Source: Myxococcales bacterium (GTDB lineage Bacteria; Myxococcota_A; Polyangia; Palsa-1104; JAEUJZ01). From it: 64,000 nt of DNA. Shown in pieces: positions 47,928 to 57,687 of the stretch. Position 1 is the stretch's first letter. Each line of letters opens with the position of its first letter. The notes below the pieces were generated by a model, which made no database searches, had not been told where the DNA came from, and saw only the letters and a program-made list of their open reading frames with translations. The stretch is taken from positions 52,693 to 116,692 of the forward strand of contig JAEUKB010000025.1 in the NCBI GenBank assembly GCA_016794365.1, read 5' to 3'. Position numbers and translations under genes: made by a program.

Positions 47928-49703
47928 TTAGCCCCAGGTGGCTTTTTCGACGAACTGCGCGAAGCTCTTGGCGAGTGCTCTTCCGGCCCCCGTTTCGTGA
48001 TCAAAGTCGAACACTTGACCTGCTTTCGGTCCGCTTAGCACGACGCAGGCATGGTTTCCCGCGCCATCATCTGTCAGCGGCAACCACTCGGGCGGAAACG
48101 GATGACGGAGCGACAGCGATAGCAGCGTGGCGCGCCGCGCGATTGCGGACTCCAGATCATACAGTCGGCAGCCTCGGAAACACTCGTCATTCCCTGCGCC
48201 ATTGTGAAGCCGATAAAACGATCGAACGTCTTCGGGAAGTGGCGCTGGAAGCTTCGCAGAAAGAGCAGCCAGCGCGGCATCTGGGAGTCCGCTTGGGAGT
48301 CGAATTTCCTTTGCCCAGCTCTTTTCGCGCGCGGTCTGCCACGCTTTCTGATGCGCGGGCGGAAGTCCTGTCAGGTCGCTTTCCGCATACGGAATCGGTG
48401 GCGCTTTCTTGGCGATTCCTACTCGTTTGGCAAACGTCTTGGTGTAGTGACCAAACGCAATCGGATGCTGTTCTACCCAGTCGATCAACACCTGCTGCGC
48501 CGCTCCGCTCGGCTTGGGAAAGCGCTCGATGACATAGATCGCCATGGTGTGTGCTGACAGATAGCTCACCTCATCGGGATGGCCATCGAGATCTGTTCCC
48601 TTGCCACTCCGTACACCGAGCGGATCCTCAGGATGTTCGACGACCAAGCGTGCCAGCTCCATCCAGAATGCGTGCGCGGATACCGCTCCTTTGTCACAGC
48701 GATCGAGCGCTTGGTCCACTCGTTCCAAAAAGATCTTGCCCGAAACGGTCTGCGCAAAGCTACGCAGCGCCAGCTCTCCGAGCGACGGAGTAACCGCTGC
48801 TGACTTTCCCTTTTTGCCACCACTGCGCGCGTCATCCGCTTTCTTGGCCAGCGTAAGAAGTGGGACCAAAGAGACAGGCTCTTTGCTGGTTCCGTGACTC
48901 ACTGCGATGCGAATGTGTTCTTCATCCACCAGCTTGATCAGCGCTCCGTCATCGTAGCGCAGCAGCGCTTCCCACGCTTCGACCCCGAGCGCCGGATGAT
49001 GGTCCGTAATGAGCGTCTTCCAGCGCGCCATCACCGACGGAGAATCCCGCAGTCCCAAGATCGGAACCGCACTGGCCAGATCGGCAGGCTGGGCGTTCGA
49101 TAGCCGGTCAGGATCGCTCACCAGCAGCGCGCGAAGGTAGTCGGGCGCAGTCTGCTTGGCCAAGGAAAGGAGTCTGTTTCGGCTGGGATGTGCAGCCAAC
49201 ATAGAAGCACCCAGGCCAGCTCGCGTCAGCACTTCTACAGCCACTTCTGGTGCAGCAGGGATCAGCGCTGGCACGACATACGGATACGTCAGCTCGGTCT
49301 GAAATACGCACGCGGATCCAGGCGGATCGGACAGAAGCTGTGCGACGATCTGCACCAGAGCGCGCAGGTTCATGCTGTCTTGCTGCGACAAGCTGGCAAA
49401 GGAGTCTGTCCCATACGGATCCAACATAGGAAGCGCAGGCAGAGCACTCGACAGCGCCGTGGTCACTTGTTCCTGATGATCGTGATAGGAAAGGACAATC
49501 GCCCACTTGGTTGCAACATCAGGCAGAGGAACCAGCGCAGCCACAAGCTGAGCCGCTGCTTCAATGTCCGCAAGCTGGGTCACAAGCGCCAAAACGGTCT
49601 TGTTTGCGGACTGGTTCTTGGATTCTTTGGGCACGATGGTCTTCCTCATGAGATGGCGTGGCACTCGCTTACAGCGGTGCTGATGAAGCAGTACTTCCTT
49701 CAT
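47928..49703 (-). CDS. protein with C-terminal SMI1/KNR4 (SUKH-superfamily, immunity-protein-like) domain; helical N-terminal region
   Basis: C-terminal FYRLHNGAGND...LPLTDDGAGNHACV...VFDFDHETG matches the SMI1/KNR4 fold. The N-terminal 150 aa of the long ORF are low-complexity, so the start was moved to M149 (49649 is an alternative). Confidence 0.55.
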   Translation of the reverse strand: MKEVLLHQHRCKRVPRHLMRKTIVPKESKNQSANKTVLALVTQLADIEAAAQLVAALVPLPDVATKWAIVLSYHDHQEQVTTALSSALPALPMLDPYGTDSFASLSQQDSMNLRALVQIVAQLLSDPPGSACVFQTELTYPYVVPALIPAAPEVAVEVLTRAGLGASMLAAHPSRNRLLSLAKQTAPDYLRALLVSDPDRLSNAQPADLASAVPILGLRDSPSVMARWKTLITDHHPALGVEAWEALLRYDDGALIKLVDEEHIRIAVSHGTSKEPVSLVPLLTLAKKADDARSGGKKGKSAAVTPSLGELALRSFAQTVSGKIFLERVDQALDRCDKGAVSAHAFWMELARLVVEHPEDPLGVRSGKGTDLDGHPDEVSYLSAHTMAIYVIERFPKPSGAAQQVLIDWVEQHPIAFGHYTKTFAKRVGIAKKAPPIPYAESDLTGLPPAHQKAWQTAREKSWAKEIRLPSGLPDAALAALSAKLPAPLPEDVRSFYRLHNGAGNDECFRGCRLYDLESAIARRATLLSLSLRHPFPPEWLPLTDDGAGNHACVVLSGPKAGQVFDFDHETGAGRALAKSFAQFVEKATWG

Positions 49704-49753
49704 CGGGATCGACGGGCTGCGATGTCTCTTTATGATATGCCAATCGCGCGCTG

Positions 49754-51145
49754 TTAGGCTTGGGCGCGACTGCGACGCCAGCGAACCCGAACCGGAACCG
49801 GACCAGCGGGTCGCAGCGTGATGCCTGCTTGGATGCGGACAGCGTCCGGGGCATCCATTGAAATGCGCGTGTGCTGGAGCAGCGTGGCCAGCATCACCGT
49901 GGCTTCCGTCAGCGCAAAGATGTTGCCGATGCAGATCCGGGGACCGAGCGAAAACGGAAGGTACGCATAGTGATGACGAGACTTCGCGCGATCGGGAGCA
50001 AAGCGATCCGGATCGAAACGCTCGGGATGGGGCCAGAACGCGGGATGACGCTGCACCAGATAGATCGCGGGCAGCACCAAGTCGCCAGCGCGGACATGAA
50101 AGCCGCCGATCACATCGTCTGCTACGGTGTCGCGGGCGATGCTCCACGCGGGGGGACGCAGGCGCAGCGCTTCATCAATGATCTGACGCAGATAGACCAG
50201 CTTGGGCACATCATCAGCAGTGGGCTCGCGATTCCCAAGCACTGCATCCACTTCCGCTTCCGCGCGCTCGACCACTTGGGGACTGCGTGACAGGAGCGTA
50301 AACAGCCAGGTCAAAAGCAGCGCTGTGGTTTCGTGTCCGGCGAGAAACAGCGTCATCAGCTCGTTGCGTAGCTCGCGATCGGTGAGTCCTTGTCCGGTGT
50401 CTTCATCGCGCGCTTGCAGCAGCATGTGAACCAGCGTAGGAACCGCGCGGGGCTCTGTTTCTTTGCGCGCAGCGTCGAGAATGCGATAAACCTCGGTATC
50501 CAGAGTCTGCAAGATGCGGCGGAAGCGCAGATTGCCGGGGGTCGGAATGTGAAGCGGAAGTCGTACGCCGGTGTTGCCGCGATCGGACAGCACCTTGAGC
50601 GCTTCCGCAAACGCGCGTCCCGAGGTATCACCCGCAGCTTCCCCCATGCGCTGGCCGAACAGCGTCTCTGCCACCACTTCCAGCGTCAGCAGCATCATCT
50701 CGTGATGAAGGTCCAGCGTGCCTCCGTTCGGAATCCGCCAGCGCCATGCGGCCAGCGCTTCTTGGGAAATGCCGCTAATCGAACGGACAAAGCGCCGGAC
50801 GCTCTCTCGATGAAACGCTGGATTGGCCATTCTCCGCCGGGTGCGCCAGGTGTCACCTTCCAGCGTCAGCAGTCCGTCTCCGGTGAGCAGCCGCATCGAG
50901 TCGTACGACGTCTTCTTGATGTAGTTGTCGCGGTTTGTACCGAGCACGCGCTCGATTCCATCGGGATGCGCGATCACAAACATCTGGCGCGGACCGAGCG
51001 TCAGACGGAAGTAATCACCGCGCTCGCGCTGCTCTTTGGCCAGAAAGTCCCACATGCCATGGTGCGCAACATGTAGAAGATGCCCCACCCACGGCAGCGG
51101 CTTTCCTTGCGGAGCCTCGCGTGCCGTCATCGTCTCCATCGTCAT
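49754..51145 (-). CDS. cytochrome P450
   Basis: Heme-binding FSLGPRICIGNIFA (FxxGxRxCxG), ExxR motif, I-helix AGHETT. Confidence 0.9.
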   Translation of the reverse strand: MTMETMTAREAPQGKPLPWVGHLLHVAHHGMWDFLAKEQRERGDYFRLTLGPRQMFVIAHPDGIERVLGTNRDNYIKKTSYDSMRLLTGDGLLTLEGDTWRTRRRMANPAFHRESVRRFVRSISGISQEALAAWRWRIPNGGTLDLHHEMMLLTLEVVAETLFGQRMGEAAGDTSGRAFAEALKVLSDRGNTGVRLPLHIPTPGNLRFRRILQTLDTEVYRILDAARKETEPRAVPTLVHMLLQARDEDTGQGLTDRELRNELMTLFLAGHETTALLLTWLFTLLSRSPQVVERAEAEVDAVLGNREPTADDVPKLVYLRQIIDEALRLRPPAWSIARDTVADDVIGGFHVRAGDLVLPAIYLVQRHPAFWPHPERFDPDRFAPDRAKSRHHYAYLPFSLGPRICIGNIFALTEATVMLATLLQHTRISMDAPDAVRIQAGITLRPAGPVPVRVRWRRSRAQA

Positions 51146-51843
51146 GACCGTTTTCCTTTTGCCGCTTGTCTGCTTGCGGCAGCCTTTCGTCGGTTGGGAC
51201 TCGCTGGTTCACCGACGGACTCAGCCGGTGTTCCATAGCGAGCCAGAAACGTTCGTACGCCCTCGCGGACCACTTGTTCGCGATACGCAGCAGAGACCTG
51301 TCCGTGCAGGTGCATGACGCCCGACCAAAACAGACCGCCAAAGACCAGCCCCCACAGCTGGGAGGCTGCCAGCTCTCTGCTTGCGATCAGGAGTCGTCCG
51401 TGCGCACTCTCTTCGTCCAGAATCGTTTCAATCCCAAGCAGCTGTTCATACGAAGAGTCTCGTCGCCAAGCCCGCGACAGCTCGGGCGCTCGCATCGACT
51501 CGGTCATCACCGCGCGGAAGATGCCGAGCACTTCCGGATCGAGAAGCACTTGGAGCCGCTCGCACGCAAACGCAACCAGGCGATCCTCGATTCCCTGCGG
51601 CGAAGGAAGCGGCGGCTGCGAGAGCGTCTGGAGCCGTGCCCAGTAGCCTTCGATCACTGCATCAAACAGCGCATCCTTCGACGGAAAGTGATTGTAGAGC
51701 GTTCGCTTGGACACCCCCGCGCGCTCGGCGATGCGATCGGTGCTGGTGGCCAAAAATCCTTCATGACGAAAGGACTCTGCTGCTGCGCGCAGGATCGCTG
51801 CACGCTTTCTCTCTGTCAGGGTCGGTGGCTTGTCCGGTTCCAT
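51142..51843 (-). CDS. TetR/AcrR family transcriptional regulator
   Basis: N-terminal HTH RKRAAILRAAAESFRHEGFLATSTDRIAERAGVSKRTLYNHF; 4-nt overlap with the P450 gene. Confidence 0.85.
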   Translation of the reverse strand: MEPDKPPTLTERKRAAILRAAAESFRHEGFLATSTDRIAERAGVSKRTLYNHFPSKDALFDAVIEGYWARLQTLSQPPLPSPQGIEDRLVAFACERLQVLLDPEVLGIFRAVMTESMRAPELSRAWRRDSSYEQLLGIETILDEESAHGRLLIASRELAASQLWGLVFGGLFWSGVMHLHGQVSAAYREQVVREGVRTFLARYGTPAESVGEPASPNRRKAAASRQAAKGKRS

Positions 51844-52091
51844 TCGGGTGTCCGCTGTGCTGGCTGATCGCTCCGCTACGGTGCAGCGCGGAGTTCTAAG
51901 TCAATTGCCTGCAATGTTAGCAGCGGATCGGTCAAAACGTGGCAAAAAGTAAACTGTACGGTGTAGTGTTTCCGGCGCTGGGCTGGGGCGCTTGAGGGCT
52001 CGCACAGACTGCCAATCGGCTGGACCTGGCGTGAAATGATCACGCTGGCGCTGTTCTTGCTTTGTCCACGCAGCGAACTGGGGGTTTGTCT

Positions 52092-53609
52092 ATGAGTCTG
52101 TGTGAGTCGCTTTCGTCCATTGCTGCTGTCAAGCCGACTGATGTTGTCATCTCTGCGCCTGCGCTAAATCGACGTGCGATACGGCAAATCATCAATCGCG
52201 CACTGGGCAGCCCGGCAGAGCTGGATGCGTTTCTGATCGATTACTTTCCAGAGATCTATCGGCTAACCAGCGATGCCATGAATCGCGATGTCAAGCTGAA
52301 CCTACTTCTGTGGAATACGGAAGAAGAAGAGCTGCGCTCGCAGGTGGAGCAGTCGTTTCCGCAGCATGTCAAAGAGGTGCGTACGCTGCTGGCGGATCAG
52401 GCGACCTCGACCGAGCTGCCCGGCGACGACACGCGCAAGCGCTTTGTGGTGATCTTGTCCGCGACGATCGAAGAAGCGGACCGGCATCAGGTCGTGGCGC
52501 TGCTGCGGCACATGCGGCTGTACACCAGCGACGCAGAGCTGACGATCGAAGCGGTCCAAAGTGGCAGCGTCGTCTTGATCTGTTCGGCGACCGATGAAGC
52601 GTTTCACAAGCTGTTTGAAGAGTTTGTCGTCGGACACTTGCCGAAGCTGTTGCACTTTTCGATCCTCGACATCTATCCGGCGCACCTGCCGCAGTGGCGA
52701 AAGCGTCCGGCGGCGAGCAGTCCGGCGACGAGCGATCCGGCGATGAGCGATCCGGCCAAGCGTCGTGAGCAGGAGTGGGCCGTCGCGAGTCTTTCGCGAC
52801 CCACGGATGTCGATCTCGATCGCAACGCCCAGACGCTGCGGATAGAGCGAGCATCCCCGTGGCTGCTGTATGCGGTGATTTCGTTCTTGGTGACGGTCGG
52901 CATTGGGCTGCTTTTGCTGTCGCTGGTCCTGCCGCGCGCGTTTTGGCAAGAGCCGGGCTGGACCAATTCTTCGAGGCTGGGCATCATCGATCTGGGCAGT
53001 CAGCAGGCAGCGCATCCCAGTCCGCCCGTCCGCATCGAGTCATCCGCTTCAGTCGCGTCAGCACCGCACGATCTGGCCGCTGCGAGCGACGATGAGCCGC
53101 TTCATGCCACCGAGCCGTCCGCGCTGTCCGTCCCGTCCCCCAGCCGAGCGCCTGCTGCGCGTTCTGCAAAGTCTTTTGCGTCAGCGCCCGAGCCTGAGCC
53201 CGAGCCCGAGCCCGCGCTTGAGCCTGAACCTGAGCCTGCACCGTCCCCGCTCAAGTCATCCAAGCGTCGTGTTGGTATCCAAACAACCAGCAAAGCGCAT
53301 GAAAGCAAAGAAGTGTTTCAGATCTCTGCGTTTTGTGGACCGTCCATCGAATGTCAGAATAGTCAGATCTCTGTGTGGGTGAAAAAGTGCCTAACAGATG
53401 TCCAGCCTGACGACATCAAACTGCGCGCAGAAGAACCGACTATTTTGAAAAAAATAGGAGATCGCTATTTTCCATACAGCCACTATGCTGATGATGGAAT
53501 GCGCGCTCGTATGCAGCAGATTTGTACGTGTGTGCAAGAACAGCTAGCGGACAATCAGCCCGATATGACGCGCTGGCCTGTTCATATCTGGATCTTGCCC
53601 GGTTCGTAA
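52092..53609 (+). CDS. hypothetical single-pass membrane protein: cytoplasmic N-terminal alpha/beta domains, TM helix, Pro/Glu-rich linker, extracytoplasmic Cys-containing C-terminal domain
   Basis: TM helix WLLYAVISFLVTVGIGLLLLSLVL; (EPEP)n linker; no recognised domain. Track ORF starts at TTG 52062; the ATG at 52092 has a G-rich RBS. Confidence 0.45.
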   Translation: MSLCESLSSIAAVKPTDVVISAPALNRRAIRQIINRALGSPAELDAFLIDYFPEIYRLTSDAMNRDVKLNLLLWNTEEEELRSQVEQSFPQHVKEVRTLLADQATSTELPGDDTRKRFVVILSATIEEADRHQVVALLRHMRLYTSDAELTIEAVQSGSVVLICSATDEAFHKLFEEFVVGHLPKLLHFSILDIYPAHLPQWRKRPAASSPATSDPAMSDPAKRREQEWAVASLSRPTDVDLDRNAQTLRIERASPWLLYAVISFLVTVGIGLLLLSLVLPRAFWQEPGWTNSSRLGIIDLGSQQAAHPSPPVRIESSASVASAPHDLAAASDDEPLHATEPSALSVPSPSRAPAARSAKSFASAPEPEPEPEPALEPEPEPAPSPLKSSKRRVGIQTTSKAHESKEVFQISAFCGPSIECQNSQISVWVKKCLTDVQPDDIKLRAEEPTILKKIGDRYFPYSHYADDGMRARMQQICTCVQEQLADNQPDMTRWPVHIWILPGS

Positions 53610-53622
53610 GCTGGCTACAAAG

Positions 53623-54552
53623 GTGAGGTTTGTAACTTCACCTGCACTTGCCAAACCAAGTCAGCGAACTGGCTCTGCTTTTCCCATAGACGGCGCGATC
53701 GGCTCGCGATACACCGATGCGGTGCGGGCGGCACAAAGCTTTTCTATCTTTTTCCCCATGTACAACGAGCGGGACAACATCGCGGCGACGCTACGGCAGA
53801 CCCTCGCGGTGATTCCCAAGCTCGGGTTTTCTGACTACGAGATCCTGGTTGTCGATGACGGCAGCAAGGATGGCTCGGCGGAGGTGGTGCAGCGCTTTAT
53901 GCTAGACAACCCCCACGTTCGGCTGGTTCAGCATCCGAAAAACCTCGGGTACGGAGCCGCCTTGCGAACGGGCTTTCAGTCGGCGCGCTGTGACTTGGTG
54001 TTCTATACCGACAGCGATCTGCCGGTGGATCTGCAAGTGCTGGTCGATGCGCTGCCGCAGGCGTTACAGACGGACCTGCTGATTGGCTATCGGCTCCAAC
54101 GCTACGATACGCCGCGTCGAGCGCTGTATTCACGGGTGTACAACCTGCTGGTGCGGCTGCTGTTCGGGGTGAAGGTGCGCGACGTGAACTTTTCGTTCAA
54201 GTTTGTGCATCGGCGTGTGCTGGACGCGATCAAGCTTACCGCCAGCTCGGTGTTCATCGACGGACAGCTTCTCGCGGAAGCGAAGCGGCACGGCTTTCAC
54301 ATCAGCGAGCGACCGATTGAGTATCACCCTCGCGTGATCGGTGCGTCGAGCTTCAACTCGCTGCGCGCAGCGTGGGTGACCTTGGTGGAGATCTTCAAGC
54401 ATCGCTTTTCGCCGGGGTCGCTCGTGGCGCAGGGTCCAAAAGCAATAGAGGTTCATACAGAGCCCGCGTTGCTTCCGACGCTGCCTTCCCCAGAGCTTTT
54501 GGCGGAGCTGGCCAAGCAGCACTCTGACCCGTCGCTGCCGCGTCTTGGTTGA
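53623..54552 (+). CDS. family 2 glycosyltransferase (DPM1/ArnC-like polyprenyl-phosphate sugar transferase)
   Basis: SIFFPMYNE...ILVVDDGSKDGS, DxD-type motifs, ~300 aa. Confidence 0.8.
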   Translation: MRFVTSPALAKPSQRTGSAFPIDGAIGSRYTDAVRAAQSFSIFFPMYNERDNIAATLRQTLAVIPKLGFSDYEILVVDDGSKDGSAEVVQRFMLDNPHVRLVQHPKNLGYGAALRTGFQSARCDLVFYTDSDLPVDLQVLVDALPQALQTDLLIGYRLQRYDTPRRALYSRVYNLLVRLLFGVKVRDVNFSFKFVHRRVLDAIKLTASSVFIDGQLLAEAKRHGFHISERPIEYHPRVIGASSFNSLRAAWVTLVEIFKHRFSPGSLVAQGPKAIEVHTEPALLPTLPSPELLAELAKQHSDPSLPRLG

Positions 54553-54584
54553 AACAAACCCGGTAAGTCGCCGACAATCAAGGG

Positions 54585-55892
54585 ATGGTCCCTGTCCGTC
54601 CCGATTTTCTGTACAAGACCCCAGGACGCGTTGCGTTGGTGCTGGCTGGTGGTGCCGCGCGTGGTGCGTACGAAGTAGGTGTCGTCCAGCACATCGTCGA
54701 AGAGGTGGCGCGCGATCTCGGTCGCGATGTACCGCTCGACATCATCTGTGGAACCTCTGTGGGGGCGATCAACGGCTGTGGACTGGCTGCGTTTGCGGAT
54801 GCTCCGCGCAGTCGTGCGCGTCGTCTGGTGTCGCAGTGGCAAGCGCTCAAGATGAGTGATGTGGTGCGGATTCGTTCGTCTCATCTGTGGCGCTTTGCAC
54901 GCAGCTTGATCGGTCGATCTCCGCTGGCTTCGGAGGTCAAAGAGGATCGCTACGGAGGACTGATCGAGCCGTCAGGAATGGAAGACATCATCAAGAACGC
55001 GATTCCGTTTGAGCGCATCACCGAGCATCTGCAGTCCGGACTTCTGCAAGCGGTGACGGCTTCCGCAACGCACATTGCGACGGGAAATACGGTGGTGTTC
55101 ATCTCTCGATCCAGCCATGGTGTGCCGCGCTGGTCGCGCGATCCCAAAGTGGTTCCGCGCAAGGTGTCGCAGCTACGGATTCAGCATGCGCTGGCCTCTG
55201 CGGCGATTCCGCTCGTGTTTCCTTCGGTCCGTATTGATGGAGAGTTTTACTGTGATGGCGGTCTGCGGCAGAACGTCCCGCTGTCTCCGGCGCGGCACCT
55301 CGGGGCGAACGGAATGATCGTGGTCAGCCCGCGCTACATCGGTGAAATCCAGAAGATTCCAGAGCGTCCGAACCCGAGCGCGAAGATGCCAAGTCCGCTG
55401 TTCTTGGTGGGAAAGGCGCTCAACGCGCTGCTGCTCGATCGCGTGGAAAATGACATCGAGCGACTTCAGCGCATCAATCAGATCCTCACCGCAGGACAGA
55501 GTCAGTTTGGGGAAGAGTTCCTTCCCAAGCTCAACACCGCGATGGGATACCAGAACAAGACAGAAGGAATGAAGCCGCTGCCAGCGCTGCTGGTGCGTGC
55601 GTCCGACAACATTGGCAAGCTGGCGGTGGACTATGTCTGTTCTCCCACGTTTGCGAAGCGCACGCCCGGAACGCTGGGACGGATCGCCAAGATGATCTGT
55701 GAATCGGATGAAGAAGACGAAAGCGATCTGCTTTCCTATCTTCTGTTCGATGGCGAGTTCGCGATGCAGCTCATCGAGCTGGGCCGTCGCGATGCCAAGG
55801 CAGTTCACGGTGATCTACTGCGCTTTTTTACAGAGCTGCCCGGTGATCTCAATCCAGCGATCCATCCGCCCGCACCGGAAAACAAACACTGA
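54585..55892 (+). CDS. patatin-like phospholipase family protein
   Basis: GGxRG oxyanion motif (LAGGAARGAYEVG), GxSxG nucleophile elbow (GTSVGA), DGG catalytic Asp motif (CDGGLRQN). Confidence 0.85.
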   Translation: MVPVRPDFLYKTPGRVALVLAGGAARGAYEVGVVQHIVEEVARDLGRDVPLDIICGTSVGAINGCGLAAFADAPRSRARRLVSQWQALKMSDVVRIRSSHLWRFARSLIGRSPLASEVKEDRYGGLIEPSGMEDIIKNAIPFERITEHLQSGLLQAVTASATHIATGNTVVFISRSSHGVPRWSRDPKVVPRKVSQLRIQHALASAAIPLVFPSVRIDGEFYCDGGLRQNVPLSPARHLGANGMIVVSPRYIGEIQKIPERPNPSAKMPSPLFLVGKALNALLLDRVENDIERLQRINQILTAGQSQFGEEFLPKLNTAMGYQNKTEGMKPLPALLVRASDNIGKLAVDYVCSPTFAKRTPGTLGRIAKMICESDEEDESDLLSYLLFDGEFAMQLIELGRRDAKAVHGDLLRFFTELPGDLNPAIHPPAPENKH

Positions 55893-56067
55893 CAGCGTGC
55901 GGCGGGACGGACTCTGCTTCTGTGCGGTGTGCGCGCGCGCTGCTCGCACACAGGCTGCTCGCACGCAGTAGGAGTCCATTTTCCGACGGAAGACTGAAGA
56001 AACAGAGTCGCTTCTGCGCTGGCGCAAGACCTGCATAAAACAGGGTGTTCCGCAGCAAGGAGCCCTC

Positions 56068-57465
56068 ATGCCTACACCGTTTGATCCAGCGGGTCTGCTC
56101 GATCTGTCCAAAGCCAAGCGAACCGATTTTGTCGAACTTCCCAAAGTGCTCGCGGCGTACAAACCGAAGCGGGAATCCGACAAGGAAAATGTGCTGTTTG
56201 ATGCGCCGCCAGAGCATACAGATCTGGAATCCCTGAAAGCTGCGAAGCCGTTTGATCCGAGCCTCTTTTATAGCTTCAGCTCACTGCTTGGCGGACTCCC
56301 TTCCGGTCCGGCAGTGGTGATGGGACTGTTCCGCTGTCAGGGTCGCGAGCAGGTGGTGGTGCGACTGTTCGATCCGCAGCGACCGCAGGACGGAGTGCCG
56401 CTTTCGCCGATGTATTTTTTGCTACACAGAGGCCACGCGCAGCTGGCCAAAGACAAGCAGTGGGTGTCCCAAGATGCACCGCTGTGGCTGGCTCTGTACG
56501 CAGCGGCGTACTACAGCATGATCGAGGATCGAAAGGCGTTTTATCGGCGCGAAGATCTGGGTGGACCGGACAACGCGGCCTGGCTGGTTCTGTACGGAAA
56601 GGACAGCAGTCGCGCCAAGTATCCCAAGGAAGAAGCGCAAGGCGAAGGAGAGGAAGGGGGCGACGGAACCAGAGCACTCCTTCATCAAGTCTTGGGATGT
56701 CACAGCGAGCTACCGAACCTGGATCTTTATCAAGATGCGCTGTCGATCCTCGATCCGAAGGTTCAGAAAAAGTACAGCAAGGCGTGGCAGGCGTTCCTAG
56801 ACAAGCGTCCCTATGTTCCGTCGTCGGGACTGCGCACCGGACTGCGCGCAACGTCGATGCAGCTCTGTAGCATGATGGATGCGTGGCTGCGCAGCAAGCC
56901 GGGTCTGTGTGAAGAACAGATCTCGCTGCTGTTGTGGTATCTGGAAGCAAACGGAGCGATCGCGGAAAAAGGAAAGCAGCGCTATCACAAAGGGGCGCGG
57001 AGCCTGTGGCAGGGTGTGCAGCAGACGCTGGTGAAGCGGACTCCGTGTGCGCTGACGGTTCGCAAAGACAGCCCGCTGCTGGCGGTGCTTCCGGATCGGA
57101 AGAGCAAAGAAGAAGAGGAAGAGGACGCTGGACGGACGTGGGAAGTCGTCTCTGTCGGAGCGCTGGATCTGCCGCCCAAGAAAGAAGAGTCGCGTCGGCT
57201 GCTGTTTGTGGGAATCGCGGATCGCAGTGGCACTGGCCGCAAGTTTGTGTGGGAAGAGACAGACAAAGAGTCCCAGCGATTCAAGCTACAGACCAAGCCC
57301 AGCAAAAAGGGAGAGTTCTGGATCGAGCTGGATCAGATCATGACGGAAGTGGATCGCATCCATGTGGGCGCAGCCGCGAAAGTAGCGCTGGCGAGTCAGG
57401 GAGACGGACAGACGTTTGTGCTGTCCGGAGAACGGAACCTGAAGCTCGATTGGAAGCAGCAGTGA
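56068..57465 (+). CDS. hypothetical protein (465 aa, no recognised domain)
   Basis: Strong AAGGAG RBS; mixed alpha/beta composition with Lys/Glu-rich segments; co-directional with the patatin gene. Confidence 0.5.
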   Translation: MPTPFDPAGLLDLSKAKRTDFVELPKVLAAYKPKRESDKENVLFDAPPEHTDLESLKAAKPFDPSLFYSFSSLLGGLPSGPAVVMGLFRCQGREQVVVRLFDPQRPQDGVPLSPMYFLLHRGHAQLAKDKQWVSQDAPLWLALYAAAYYSMIEDRKAFYRREDLGGPDNAAWLVLYGKDSSRAKYPKEEAQGEGEEGGDGTRALLHQVLGCHSELPNLDLYQDALSILDPKVQKKYSKAWQAFLDKRPYVPSSGLRTGLRATSMQLCSMMDAWLRSKPGLCEEQISLLLWYLEANGAIAEKGKQRYHKGARSLWQGVQQTLVKRTPCALTVRKDSPLLAVLPDRKSKEEEEEDAGRTWEVVSVGALDLPPKKEESRRLLFVGIADRSGTGRKFVWEETDKESQRFKLQTKPSKKGEFWIELDQIMTEVDRIHVGAAAKVALASQGDGQTFVLSGERNLKLDWKQQ

Positions 57466-57488
57466 AGCAGAAATTCCGTACAAAAGAT

Positions 57489-57585
57489 GAAACAGACTTG
57501 CATCTGTAACGAAGCGGAAGCGGCGATTCTGTGAAGAAGAAGGCGCAGAGATGCTGCACAGAAGCTGAAACAGACTTGCATCTGT
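57489..57585. repeat. two copies of a 19-bp hairpin-forming element (gaaacagacttgcatctgt) 78 bp apart
   Basis: Each copy contains acaga-N6-tctgt dyad; located between convergent genes. Confidence 0.6.
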
Positions 57586-57603
57586 GTGGGATTCTGTTTG
57601 GAA

Positions 57604-57687
57604 GGGAATCGCGAAAGGAATGGGAAGGGAATCGCGAAAGGAATCGCGAAAGGAATCGCGAAAGGAATCGCGAAAGGAATCGCTTGC
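57604..57687. repeat. 12-bp tandem repeat (aatcgcgaaagg)x~6 abutting the stop codon of the rlmB-like gene
   Basis: Perfect copies with one variant unit; ends exactly at the minus-strand stop at 57687. Confidence 0.8.

Noticed and set aside
47928-50147. Full 739-aa ORF for the SMI1/KNR4 protein
   Set aside because: The first ~150 codons are Arg/Ser/His-rich low complexity with no RBS; start moved to an internal ATG (49703, alternative 49649).
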